This document shows positions 52,827 through 62,213 of a stretch of DNA of 64,000 nucleotides, one piece after another (position 1 is the first letter of the stretch; each line of letters begins with the position of its first letter). Source of the stretch: Candidatus Latescibacterota bacterium (lineage in GTDB: Bacteria; Latescibacterota; UBA2968; UBA8231); the NCBI GenBank assembly GCA_965242865.1, contig CBDETK010000013.1, positions 1,888,001 through 1,952,000 on the forward strand, written 5' to 3'. Below the pieces are notes generated by a model. That model did no database searches. It saw nothing but the letters and a program-made list of their open reading frames with translations, and was not told the origin of the DNA. The position numbers and the translations under genes are program-made.

Positions 52827-54474
52827 ATGTCTTTGTTGAAATCGATAAAAACCCTGTTTGCATTCGTCCTTTTGGGCATCGTCGGTGCTTGGATGGGCTG
52901 CTCGGACTCTGCGCCGGTCGCCTCTCGTCCTGCCGGCAAAGCCACCTGTTCCTTATGCGAATTCTTGGGCGACGACACCTACACCGCTACCGACGGACTG
53001 GCCGCCCCTGAAAGCCCCGACACCACCCAGACCGACGCCGAAGCTGACAGTACACAGGCCGAGACCGAAGCTGACGCTGACAGCACCCAATCGGCCACCG
53101 TGGAGTTCGCCGACGCCAATTTGGAGCAGGCGGTGCGGGAGGCGTTGGATCGCCCGTCAGGGCCCCTGACCCCGGCAGACTTGGCGGCCCTGACCGAACT
53201 CGACGCGAGCCATAAAAACATTGAGAGCGTGGCCGGCCTCGAACACGCGACAGCCCTGCACACGCTATATCTGCGGGACAACGAGATTACCGACGTGAGT
53301 CCCTTGGCGAGCTTGACCAACCTGCAATCGCTGTCGCTGTGGGGGAACGCGATTACCGACGTGAGTCCGCTGGCGAGCCTGAGCAACCTTCAGAAGCTGT
53401 CGCTGTGGGGCAACGAAATTACGGACGTGCAGCCGTTAGCCGGCCTAACGAACCTGCAATGGCTCCAGCTAGGAGACAACGAGATTGCGGATATAAGTCC
53501 GTTGGCGAGCCTGACTAACTTGCAATGGCTGGGCGTGATGGAAAACGCCCTCAGCCAGCACGCGGCCAACCAACAACTCGCCGCCGCGATAACAAGCGGC
53601 CTCCGCGTCGAAGCGGTGATAGAAAAATACCCCCGCGTCGAAACCGTCCAACCGGAATCGACGGAACCACCCGTCGTACCAGTGCCCGCCCTATACTGGA
53701 CGGACAGTGGTACACCTAATATTCAGCGGGCCAACCTCGATGGCTCAAACCGCGAAGTCCTCTCCCACTCCATCCCGAGATTGACGACGCCATCGGGCAT
53801 CGCGCTGGATTTGGTGCGTGGAAAGATGTACTGGACAGACTGGAGCAGAAGAAAAATTCAGCGGGCCAATCTCGACGGTTCACAGGTCGAAGACCTCATC
53901 ACTATCACCGAGGGATTGGCTTCTCCATCGGGCATCGCGCTGGATTTGGTGAGCGGAAAGATATACTGGACAGACACTGGCACGAATAAAATTCAGCGGG
54001 CCAACTTGGATGGCAGACAGGTACGAGACCTCGTCACGGAATTGGCTTCTCCACAGGGCATCGCGCTGGATTTGGCGCGCGGAAAGATGTACTGGACAGA
54101 AATTGGCACTGGCGCGGCTAAAATTCAGCGGGCCAACCTGAATGGCAGACAGGTCGAAACCCTCCCCATCACGGGATTGAATACTCCACAGGACATCGCG
54201 CTGGACTTGGTGAATGGAAAGATGTACTGGACAGACGGGGGGACAGAGGAGATTCTGCGGGCCAACCTAAATGGCTTAGAGGTCGAAACCCTCCCCACTC
54301 CCGGGATTAGACGATCCATCGGGCATCGCGCTGGATTTGGTGAACGGAAAGATGTACTGGGTGGACGCTGTCGAGAGAAAGATTCAGCGGGCCAACTTGG
54401 ATGGCAGACAGGTCGAAACCCTCCCCATCACGGGATTGAATATTCCATGGAGCATCGCGCTGGGTACTCGGTAG
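52827..54474 (+). pseudogene. Paralogous LRR-YWTD lipoprotein with a +1 frameshift near 54300
   Basis: N-half near-identical to the 33908 gene; removing one base in ACTCCCGGGA restores GLDDPSGIALDLVNGKMYWVD...IALGTR-stop at 54474. Confidence 0.8.
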
Positions 54475-54493
54475 TTGCGGCCCTGAATCAAGC

Positions 54494-54946
54494 TCAGACG
54501 AACTTGACTACCACCAAGAGCACGATGACGATCACCAGCACCGTGGGCACTTCGTTGAGGCCGCGGAAGAATTGCTCGCTCTTCTCGTTTTCGCCGCGTT
54601 CAAAAGCCTTGCGATAGGCAGAGAGCATGCCGTGCAGGGCCGCCAGCGCGAGCACCAGCACCAATTTGAGGTGCATCCAATAGCCCGTGCCGGGTGCGCC
54701 GGCCCCGGTGGCGAGAATGAGCAGGATTCCGGTAATAAACGAAACGATCATCGCCGGATTCATAATCACCTTCAGCAACTTGCGCTCCATGACCTTGAAG
54801 GTCGCATCGGCTTCGGAACCCGGGGTGACCCGGCAGTGATAGACATAGAGGCGCGGCAGGTAGAGCATACCGGCCATCCAGAAGATGATGAAGGCGACGT
54901 GAATCGCTTTGAGCCACAGGTAGTACTCGCTTGCAAAGGCACTCAT
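54494..54946 (-). CDS. hemJ: Protoporphyrinogen oxidase HemJ
   Basis: YLWLKAIHV, WMAGMLYLPRLYVYH, MERKL..IMNPAM, NEVPT. Confidence 0.93.
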   Translation of the reverse strand: MSAFASEYYLWLKAIHVAFIIFWMAGMLYLPRLYVYHCRVTPGSEADATFKVMERKLLKVIMNPAMIVSFITGILLILATGAGAPGTGYWMHLKLVLVLALAALHGMLSAYRKAFERGENEKSEQFFRGLNEVPTVLVIVIVLLVVVKFV

Positions 54947-54960
54947 TGTGGATGAACTCC

Positions 54961-55278
54961 TCAGGTACGCGTCGTTGCCAGCGCGGCTTCGTGGAGGGCG
55001 TCGACCGTTTGGGCTTCTAGTCCCATGTCGAGGCTGGGAATGGACTTGGACTGGCCGATAAAGAGCGTCGCGTAAAATGTGCAAGCCGCCAGATAAGACC
55101 CGGCAAGGCTGGGATGGCTTTGGTCCTTGTCGTGCAGGACGATAGCGGGATGGGCCGCTAGGCAGTGCTGCCAAGCTAGCCCCACGGGCACGACGGTCGC
55201 GCCGATCGTGCGTCCTACTTCAATGTCGTTGCGTGCGGTGAAGCTGTTGCCGATGAAAAGGACGCGGGTACTATCCAA
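54961..55278 (-). pseudogene. SGNH/GDSL hydrolase remnant with an internal deletion
   Basis: RVLFIGNSFTARND joins directly to the C-terminal PVGLAW...DQSHPSLAGSYLAAC; central blocks missing. Confidence 0.6.
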
Positions 55279-55396
55279 GCGCACAACTACTTGGAGCTCG
55301 ACGAAACGCGGCAGGCCACAGAATCCACTGGCAAGGGCTTTTCCCGCGCTCAATAAAAGGCCACTTCTTCACCGGCCTTGACCTGATAGAGTACGT

Positions 55397-56203
55397 CTAG
55401 TACCCCAACCCGCGCAAATAGTCGCGCATCCCCGCACTCCGCCGCGCCTCGCGGACCGCGTCTTCGCCCTCGTAGGCCGGCTCGCCCGGACAACTCGTAA
55501 CCCAGCGGGCAAAGCCCCGCTCGGCGAGGGTGTTGAGCACCCCGGCAAAGTCGAGGCACTCGCCCTCGCCGACCGAAACCCACGCGGGATTGTAGCGCCC
55601 CGGCGCACGCACCGGGCAAGACGTATAGTCCTGTAGGTGGACGTAATTGAGTTGCTCCCAAAAGTCCGTCAGCGACTGCACGGGGTCGGAGCCCCACAGC
55701 TCGGCGTGTGAGACATCGATGCACAGCCGCGCCTTGTCCAACAAGCTCATGTACAGCCGCCAGTCCTCGGCCGAATCCACCAGCAAGTTGGTGTGGATGT
55801 GGTAGCTTAGCTCCAGCCCGTACTGGGCCGCGTACTCGGCCCACAGCTCGGCCCCCTCGGCCGCCCGCTCAATATCGGCGCGGTCGGTCGGTCGGCCCTC
55901 GGGCTTGCGACCACTCATAAACATAAAGCAGTCCACCCCCATCGCAGCGGCGAAATCCATCCGCCGCTTGTTCCGCTCGGTGTGCGCCCAGTCGCGGTCT
56001 TCGGGCGAGCCACTAGCCGTAAACACGCACAGCGGCATGTCCGCGTCTTCGCACACTTGCTTCAGCCGCTTCGGTGGCCCTAACCAGTCAAGCGGCAAGC
56101 GCCCCTCCCAGCCGTCCCAACCGGCCTTTTTGAGCTCGGGCAGGGCTTGGGTCAAATCCGGCTGCCGCCAGCGCAGGGTCGCGTATCCCATCTTGAGTGC
56201 CAT
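55397..56203 (-). CDS. Sugar phosphate isomerase/epimerase (IolE-like TIM barrel)
   Basis: SYHIH, CIDVSH, YVHLQD, VGEG motifs. Confidence 0.75.
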   Translation of the reverse strand: MALKMGYATLRWRQPDLTQALPELKKAGWDGWEGRLPLDWLGPPKRLKQVCEDADMPLCVFTASGSPEDRDWAHTERNKRRMDFAAAMGVDCFMFMSGRKPEGRPTDRADIERAAEGAELWAEYAAQYGLELSYHIHTNLLVDSAEDWRLYMSLLDKARLCIDVSHAELWGSDPVQSLTDFWEQLNYVHLQDYTSCPVRAPGRYNPAWVSVGEGECLDFAGVLNTLAERGFARWVTSCPGEPAYEGEDAVREARRSAGMRDYLRGLGY

Positions 56204-56297
56204 AATCTTCCTCCTTGGTCGTGATCGTGGTGGTTTAACTTACACTACGGGCAAAGTTCGTTGCCCTTTTCTGGCATCGCAACGATATTTTTTCACC

Positions 56298-58616
56298 ATG
56301 GAAAATGCCCCTTCTCTCTCGCGTGGCCAAGTGCATCGCGCCCTCCGCTCCTTCGTCGTCGCCAGCGGCTTGTGGGGTGCTTGGGGGCAAGCCTGTGGAC
56401 TGGGGACAGCCGCCTTTACCGGCTTTGCGCTGTATCTAGGCGCCGACGGGGCCTTTATCGCCCTGTTCACCTCGGCCGCGTACTTCCTCGCGCTGACGCA
56501 GTTGCTCGCGCCCCTGTTGAGCGCCCGCGTCCGCGACAAGAAGCACCTCGTCGTCGTCGGAGGGTGCGTGGAAATCGCCTTCCGCGGGCTGCCGCTGATC
56601 ATCCCCCTCCTCGTCCCAGCGCAGTACCGGCTCGCGGCCTTGGTGTCCATGGTCAGCCTCAGCCTATTCAGCGGCTATGCGATCTCGCCCTTTTACAGCA
56701 CTTGGATCGCCAACGCCGTGCCGGAAAATATCCGCGCGCGCTTTGCCAGTCGCCAGACCATCGTCAGCACCGTAGTGGCTATGATCGCCGGTTTTGCGAT
56801 CGGCCAATTCCTCGACCTTTTTCCCGGAACGAGCGGCTTTGTCTGGGTCTTTGCGGTCGGGACGCTTTTTGGCCTCTTGGGCTACGCCAATCTCCGCCGC
56901 GCCCCCTTCCCCCAACAGACAGCCGCCACCGACGAACAAAGCACGCGCCTGCGCGACCTCTTGCAGCCCTTCCACGACGCCAACTTCCGCCGCGCCGCCC
57001 TCTTTTTTGGCCTGTGGACCTTTGGCGTTGGGCTGGCCGGGCCGCTCTACAGCGTCTTTATGCTCGACCGCTTGCAGATTTCCTATACCGAGGTCTCGAT
57101 TTTTAACGCCCTGTTCATGCTGACCAGCATCGCCGGCTACCGGCTCTGGGCCGGCCTCATCGACCGCTTCGGCGCCAGACCGGTGCTGCAAATCCTGATG
57201 ACGCCGGCCGCGTTCCTGCCGCTCGTCTGGGCCTTTAACCAGCCGGGGGCCTACTCGCTCGTACCCGTGGCCTTAGTCCTGAGCGGCATCCTATTCTCCG
57301 GGATCGGGGTCGGCATCAACCCCCTGCTCTACGGCCTGTTGCCCCAAGGCGAGAAGCGCACGATGTACTTGGCGACTTGGTCGGTAACGGTCAACGTAAT
57401 GGGGGCTCTCGGCCCCTTGTTGGGCGGCCTGCTCGTCGCCCAGCTAGAGGGCCTGCGCTTTGTGGTGTTCGGCGTGCCCATGGGCGACTTGCAGGTCATC
57501 TTTGCCCTCAGCGCCTTGACCCGGCTAGCGCCCTTGTTCATCCTCCGCACCGTCCGCGACGCGCGGAGCGCGACATCGCGCAGCCTGCTCTCGCGGATGC
57601 TGCGCGGCAACGTCCTCAGCTACGCCTACAACGCCACCATCTTCAGCCTCGCCACGGCCGAGGGCACGAGGGCCCGCGCGGCCGAAGCCCTCGGCCGTTC
57701 GGGCAACCCCCTCGCCATCGAGCAATTGGTCCAAGCTCTGGCCGACGCCAGCCCCCGGGTGCGCCGCGCCGCGGCCCGCGCCTTGGGCGAGAGCCGCTCG
57801 GAAAGCGCGGCCCAACCCCTAATGAGCCAGCTCATCGACGGGGCCTCAGACATCCGCAGCGAGGCGGCCGAAGCGCTGGGTCGCCTCGGATATTCCACGA
57901 GTATCAATCCCCTAGTTGAGGCCCTCGACGACGCCGATCCCCGCGTGCGCCTCAGCGCCATCCGCGGCCTAGCCAGCATCCGCGGCGACGAAGTCCACGA
58001 GCTATTATTCTGGCACTTTGGCAGCGATTTCGACCCGCTGACGTTCCCGACGCTGGTCGATGTCCTCGGCGAGCGCCAAGACCGCCGCATCGTCAAACCC
58101 GCGCTAGACCGCCTGACCGACTTTCCCTCCCCGGCCGTGCGCTTGCAACTGCTCAACGGGGTCTGCCGGGCACTGGGCGCCGGCGATCGGTTTTACCGCT
58201 TGCTCTCGCGCGAGGATACCGACCGCGTCGCGGCCATCTCCCGGCTGTTGCGCCGGGCGACCGCCTCCTTGGGCGCGGGGTGCTGCATTGGTGCGGCATA
58301 CCGCACTCAGCTCAAGACCCTGTGTCGGGAGGTGGTCGTCGCGTATGAAGAGGAAAAGGCCGAGGCCCTAGTTGAGGCTATACGGCAGGTAACGCGCACC
58401 GTGCGCGACGGACTCGCTGCCGCCCAACCCGCCGGAGACGCTGCCACGGACGATCGAGCCTACGACAAGCTCTTGGCGTACGTCGTTGTCACCGCCATTG
58501 GCCGCTTCATCAACAGCCCGGTGCGGCAAGCGTTTCCCGTGGCCCAAGAGATTTTTCTCGCCGTGTGCCTCGCGCGCCTAGCCGCCCTAGTCCGCCAGCT
58601 CGACGACCGCGGTTGA
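56298..58616 (+). CDS. MFS transporter fused to C-terminal HEAT repeats
   Basis: About 12 hydrophobic segments with GLIDRFGARP MFS loop, then RARAAEALG / VRRAAARALG / IRSEAAEALG repeats; start re-set to MENAP. Confidence 0.85.
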   Translation: MENAPSLSRGQVHRALRSFVVASGLWGAWGQACGLGTAAFTGFALYLGADGAFIALFTSAAYFLALTQLLAPLLSARVRDKKHLVVVGGCVEIAFRGLPLIIPLLVPAQYRLAALVSMVSLSLFSGYAISPFYSTWIANAVPENIRARFASRQTIVSTVVAMIAGFAIGQFLDLFPGTSGFVWVFAVGTLFGLLGYANLRRAPFPQQTAATDEQSTRLRDLLQPFHDANFRRAALFFGLWTFGVGLAGPLYSVFMLDRLQISYTEVSIFNALFMLTSIAGYRLWAGLIDRFGARPVLQILMTPAAFLPLVWAFNQPGAYSLVPVALVLSGILFSGIGVGINPLLYGLLPQGEKRTMYLATWSVTVNVMGALGPLLGGLLVAQLEGLRFVVFGVPMGDLQVIFALSALTRLAPLFILRTVRDARSATSRSLLSRMLRGNVLSYAYNATIFSLATAEGTRARAAEALGRSGNPLAIEQLVQALADASPRVRRAAARALGESRSESAAQPLMSQLIDGASDIRSEAAEALGRLGYSTSINPLVEALDDADPRVRLSAIRGLASIRGDEVHELLFWHFGSDFDPLTFPTLVDVLGERQDRRIVKPALDRLTDFPSPAVRLQLLNGVCRALGAGDRFYRLLSREDTDRVAAISRLLRRATASLGAGCCIGAAYRTQLKTLCREVVVAYEEEKAEALVEAIRQVTRTVRDGLAAAQPAGDAATDDRAYDKLLAYVVVTAIGRFINSPVRQAFPVAQEIFLAVCLARLAALVRQLDDRG

Positions 58617-58620
58617 CCGC

Positions 58621-59337
58621 TTAGGATCGGCGGCGATGCGCCCAGCGGACGCGCACCAAATCCCTGACAGTGACGAGCGTCTCGGTCACCGGGTTAAAGC
58701 GACTGTCCGGGTCGAAACGCCACTTCACGGGGATTTTTGCAATGCGGTAGCCCGATTGACGCGCCAGCAGCAAAAGCTCCACGTCGAACATGAAGCCCGT
58801 GACCTGCTGCCGAGCGCAGAGGTCGCGCACCACGGCGGCCTGAAAGAACTTAAATCCACACTGAGTGTCGCCGAACTCGCCCAAGCCCACCAGCATCCGC
58901 GAGAGCCAGCTAAACGCCGCAGACCCCCACTGCCGGTAGCACCGGCGCGCGACGACGAATTCGGTCGCGCTCAGCGTCCGGTCGCCGATCACCCCGTCCC
59001 ACCCGGCGGCCAATAGGGGCATCACCTCGTCGAGCGCGGCGATGTCGGTCTTGTAGTCGCCATCCATAAAGCCGATGTAGCGGCCTTGGGCCTCGGCCAC
59101 GCCGCGCCGCACGGAATACCCTTTGCCGCGGTTGCGGTCGTTTTGCACCCAGCGGACTTGCGGATGCTCGCGGGCGCATTCGGCAATGCGGTCGACCATG
59201 CGGTCGGTGCTGCCGTCATCAACGACCAGCAATTCGCAAGACCACGGCCGCTGTTGCAGCAGCGCGAGCGTCTGCTCCAAGGCGACGAGAATCCGCTTCT
59301 CTTCGTTGTACGCGGGTATGATGATGCTCAAATCCAT
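58621..59337 (-). CDS. GT2 glycosyltransferase (dolichyl-phosphate glucosyltransferase-like)
   Basis: IIPAYNEE, VDDGSTD, NRGKG, DTQCGFK, FDVELL. Confidence 0.9.
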   Translation of the reverse strand: MDLSIIIPAYNEEKRILVALEQTLALLQQRPWSCELLVVDDGSTDRMVDRIAECAREHPQVRWVQNDRNRGKGYSVRRGVAEAQGRYIGFMDGDYKTDIAALDEVMPLLAAGWDGVIGDRTLSATEFVVARRCYRQWGSAAFSWLSRMLVGLGEFGDTQCGFKFFQAAVVRDLCARQQVTGFMFDVELLLLARQSGYRIAKIPVKWRFDPDSRFNPVTETLVTVRDLVRVRWAHRRRS

Positions 59338-59367
59338 AGTAGCAGTAGCGCAATCGCGGCGGCCCGC

Positions 59368-59396
59368 TTGACGCCTCTAGCCGCCGCCCCTATAAT
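59368..59396 (+). promoter_or_regulatory. sigma70-type promoter of the HIT gene
   Basis: TTGACG-N17-TATAAT. Confidence 0.8.
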
Positions 59397-59436
59397 CCGC
59401 CGCAACCCGCACCCCTAAGCCATGCGAGCAAGGCCA

Positions 59437-59784
59437 ATGAGCGAGGAAACCATTTTTAGCAAAATCATCCGCCGCGAAATTCCCGCCGCCATCGTGTACG
59501 AAGACGACGACTGTCTGGCTTTCCGCGACATCCAGCCGCAGGCCCCGACGCACATCCTCGTCATCCCCAAGGAAGCTGTCGCGGGCGTCCAACACGCTGC
59601 GCCCGAACACGGTCGCCTGCTCGGGCACCTGCTGCTCAAGGCCAGCCAGATCGCCGTTGAGCAGGGCCTAGCCGCAACCGGCTACCGCTTGGTGATCAAC
59701 GCTGGCGACGACGGCGGGCAAACCGTAGCCCATCTCCACGTCCACCTGCTCGGCGGCCGCCCAATGCAGTGGCCGCCCGGATAA
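59437..59784 (+). CDS. hinT: Histidine triad nucleotide-binding protein
   Basis: IFSKII, AFRDIQPQAPTHILVIPK, HLHVHLLGGR, WPPG. Confidence 0.93.
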   Translation: MSEETIFSKIIRREIPAAIVYEDDDCLAFRDIQPQAPTHILVIPKEAVAGVQHAAPEHGRLLGHLLLKASQIAVEQGLAATGYRLVINAGDDGGQTVAHLHVHLLGGRPMQWPPG

Positions 59785-59817
59785 AAAAAGAGGCGATGCC
59801 GCGCTGGGCACCGCCTC
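59783..59817 (-). terminator. Intrinsic terminator of rplC
   Basis: Minus strand GAGGCGGTGCC-loop-GGCATCGCCTC followed by T7. Confidence 0.8.
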
Positions 59818-59840
59818 GCAAGTGCTCTTAAAGCAGGGGG

Positions 59841-60458
59841 TCAGAGGGTCTGTATCAGGAGGTAGCCATTGGTCCCCCCCGGGACAGCCCCCTTGAGGAA
59901 GAGCAAATTGCGATCCGCGTCGATTCGCTCGACCGTCAATCCCTTTGTGGAGACTCGCTTGTTGCCCATCTGGCCAGACATTTTCTTGCCCTTCCACACC
60001 TTCCCGGGCGTCGTGCCTTGGCCGATGGAGCCGCCGTGGCGCACGGTATCCGGGGTGCCGTGGCTGGCGTTTTTGCCGCGGAAACCGTGGCGCTTGACCA
60101 CGCCGGCAAACCCCTTGCCCTTGGACTTCCCCGTCACTTTGACCCGGCGGCCGACCTCAAACTGGCTCACATCCAAGACTTGGCCGACCTCAAACTCGCC
60201 CGCTTCGCCGCGAAATTCGCGCAGGATGCGGTGCCCGCTCGCGCCGGCCTTGGCCAGATGGCCCCTTTGCGGCTTGGTCAACTTGCGCTCGGGCACTTCG
60301 TCGAAGGCAAGCTGCAACGCCGAGTATCCGTTGTTCTCTTCGGTCCGCACTTGTATCACCGGGCAAGGGCCGGCCGCGACGATCGTCACCGGCGTGAGCT
60401 CCTCGCGGTCGTTGTACACCTGCGTCATGCCCAACTTTTTGCCAATCAAGGCCCCCAT
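59841..60458 (-). CDS. rplC: 50S ribosomal protein L3 (stand-alone)
   Basis: GKKLGMTQ, SKGKGFAGVVKRHGF, GSIG..TPGKVWKGKKMSGQMG, KGAVPG. Confidence 0.98.
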   Translation of the reverse strand: MGALIGKKLGMTQVYNDREELTPVTIVAAGPCPVIQVRTEENNGYSALQLAFDEVPERKLTKPQRGHLAKAGASGHRILREFRGEAGEFEVGQVLDVSQFEVGRRVKVTGKSKGKGFAGVVKRHGFRGKNASHGTPDTVRHGGSIGQGTTPGKVWKGKKMSGQMGNKRVSTKGLTVERIDADRNLLFLKGAVPGGTNGYLLIQTL

Positions 60459-60502
60459 AAGGCCAACTCCTTCAAATAGTTGTAGAGCAAACAGAATTGT
60501 AG

Positions 60503-60531
60503 AAATTACGCAAAAGTTTTCTAGCGAGCAA
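60503..60531 (-). promoter_or_regulatory. Candidate rplC promoter
   Basis: TTGCTC-N17-TAATTT in an AT-rich spacer; AAGGAG RBS downstream. Confidence 0.5.
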
Positions 60532-60557
60532 GAGAGGCCCGCGGCCGGGCGGCACCA

Positions 60558-61457
60558 TTGAGCGCGATAACCATATTTCGCGGCGGGGCCATCGGCGATT
60601 TCGTCCTCACTCTCCCCGCCATTGAGGCCGTGCGCCGGGCCTTTCCCGCGGCCGACTTGCGCCTCATCGGCCGACCAGCGACCCTAGTGCTCGGGCCAGC
60701 GGCCTCCATCCTCGATGGCGAAGACCCGCGCCTGATCGCCCTGCACCGCGCCGGGCCGCTTCCCCCGGCCACCCGCCAGCTCTTCGCCGCGACGCAGCGC
60801 GTACTAGCATATACAGTGGATGCTCAACATCACTTAGGTCCGCAACTGCGCCGAGCGGTCGCCGGTCCGGTGCTGCTATGGGACCCGCGGCCCCCGGCCG
60901 ATTTCCGCGGCCACATCGTCGATCACTTGCTAAGTCCCCTGCGGCAATGGGGCTTGCCCATCTGCGACCGCACCCCCCACATCGCGTTGCGGCCCGGCGA
61001 CGATGGCTACGTAGAAACGCTCGCCTCCGCGCCCGAAGTCGTCATCCACCTAGGCAGCGGCTCGCCCGCCAAGTGCTGGCCCGCGGCGAATTTCCACGCC
61101 CTCGCCCGTGCGCTGCAAAAAAGAGGCTGGCACACCGCCTTCCTGTGCGGCCCGGTCGAACGCGAACGCCCGCGCTCCACCGGCGGCCTACCCGTGCTCC
61201 ACCCCCCAGACCTGCGCGCCCTCGCCGGCTTGCTCGCCCAAGCCGCGCTCTTTATCGGCAACGACTCCGGGCCTGGGCACATCGCCGCGGCCGTTGGCAC
61301 TCCGACCTTGACGCTGTTCGGCCCCACCGACCCCCGGCGGTGGGCACCGCGCGGCCCATGCAGTCGAGTCCTGCAAGCACCAGCCGGCGACCTCGCTGCG
61401 ATCCCCACTGCGACCGCAATAGATGCGGCACTGGCCCTCCTCCAGCGTGCGCGATGA
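60558..61457 (+). CDS. Glycosyltransferase family 9 (heptosyltransferase-like)
   Basis: [36 protein letters not shown]. Confidence 0.9.
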   Translation: MSAITIFRGGAIGDFVLTLPAIEAVRRAFPAADLRLIGRPATLVLGPAASILDGEDPRLIALHRAGPLPPATRQLFAATQRVLAYTVDAQHHLGPQLRRAVAGPVLLWDPRPPADFRGHIVDHLLSPLRQWGLPICDRTPHIALRPGDDGYVETLASAPEVVIHLGSGSPAKCWPAANFHALARALQKRGWHTAFLCGPVERERPRSTGGLPVLHPPDLRALAGLLAQAALFIGNDSGPGHIAAAVGTPTLTLFGPTDPRRWAPRGPCSRVLQAPAGDLAAIPTATAIDAALALLQRAR

Positions 61458-62074
61458 CCTCTTACGCCGACCAACGCCGCGCTATGGTGCGCGAGCAACT
61501 CAGTCCGCGCGGCATTGACGACCCGCGCGTCCTCGCCGCGTTCGCCCGCGTCCCCAGGCATCGCTACGTCCCGGAGGCCCTGCGCCCCCACGCGTATGCC
61601 GACCACCCGCTGGCCATCGGCGCGGAGCAAACCATCTCTCAGCCATACGTAGTGGCCTACATGCTCTCGGTGCTGGGCCTGCAGGGCACAGAACGGGTCT
61701 TGGAGATTGGCACCGGCTCTGGGTATCAGACCGCCCTGCTCGCCGAACTGGCTGGCCGAGTCTATAGCATTGAATTCTTCGCCGACCTCGCCGCGCAGGC
61801 CCGTCGCGTCCTCGCCGCCACAGGCTATGGCCACGTCGCCCTCCGCGTCGGCGACGGCCGCGCCGGCTGGCCCGAGGCCGCCCCCTTTGACGCCATCGTG
61901 TGCTCGGCGGCGCCCGCTGCCATCCCACCTGCTTTAGTCGAACAACTAGCCCCGGCCGGCCGCCTCATCCTCCCGCTAGGCACTCAACGCCAGCACCTAG
62001 TCTTGGTAGAGCGCAACGCGACCGGCCTCAGCCAGCGCAAACTCCTACCCGTGCGCTTCGTGCCGATGCAGTAG
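61454..62074 (+). CDS. pcm: Protein-L-isoaspartate O-methyltransferase
   Basis: [32 protein letters not shown]; ATGA overlap with the GT9 gene. Confidence 0.95.
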   Translation: MTSYADQRRAMVREQLSPRGIDDPRVLAAFARVPRHRYVPEALRPHAYADHPLAIGAEQTISQPYVVAYMLSVLGLQGTERVLEIGTGSGYQTALLAELAGRVYSIEFFADLAAQARRVLAATGYGHVALRVGDGRAGWPEAAPFDAIVCSAAPAAIPPALVEQLAPAGRLILPLGTQRQHLVLVERNATGLSQRKLLPVRFVPMQ

Positions 62075-62213
62075 GTAGCATGGGATCGGGCCGGAGCAGA
62101 TTTAAGCCGAGCCTGTTCTTGCTCTAGTACCGACCAGTCAATACGTTTTTTAGGCAGACTACCCGTAGCCCGTAGGTATGCACCACCTGCCGCACTAGCC
62201 CGGATGCTCCGCA

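Noticed and set aside
54300-54617. Novel C-terminal domain of the 596-aa ORF overlapping hemJ
   Set aside because: It results from the +1 frameshift; the alternative frame restores the YWTD repeat and stops at 54474.
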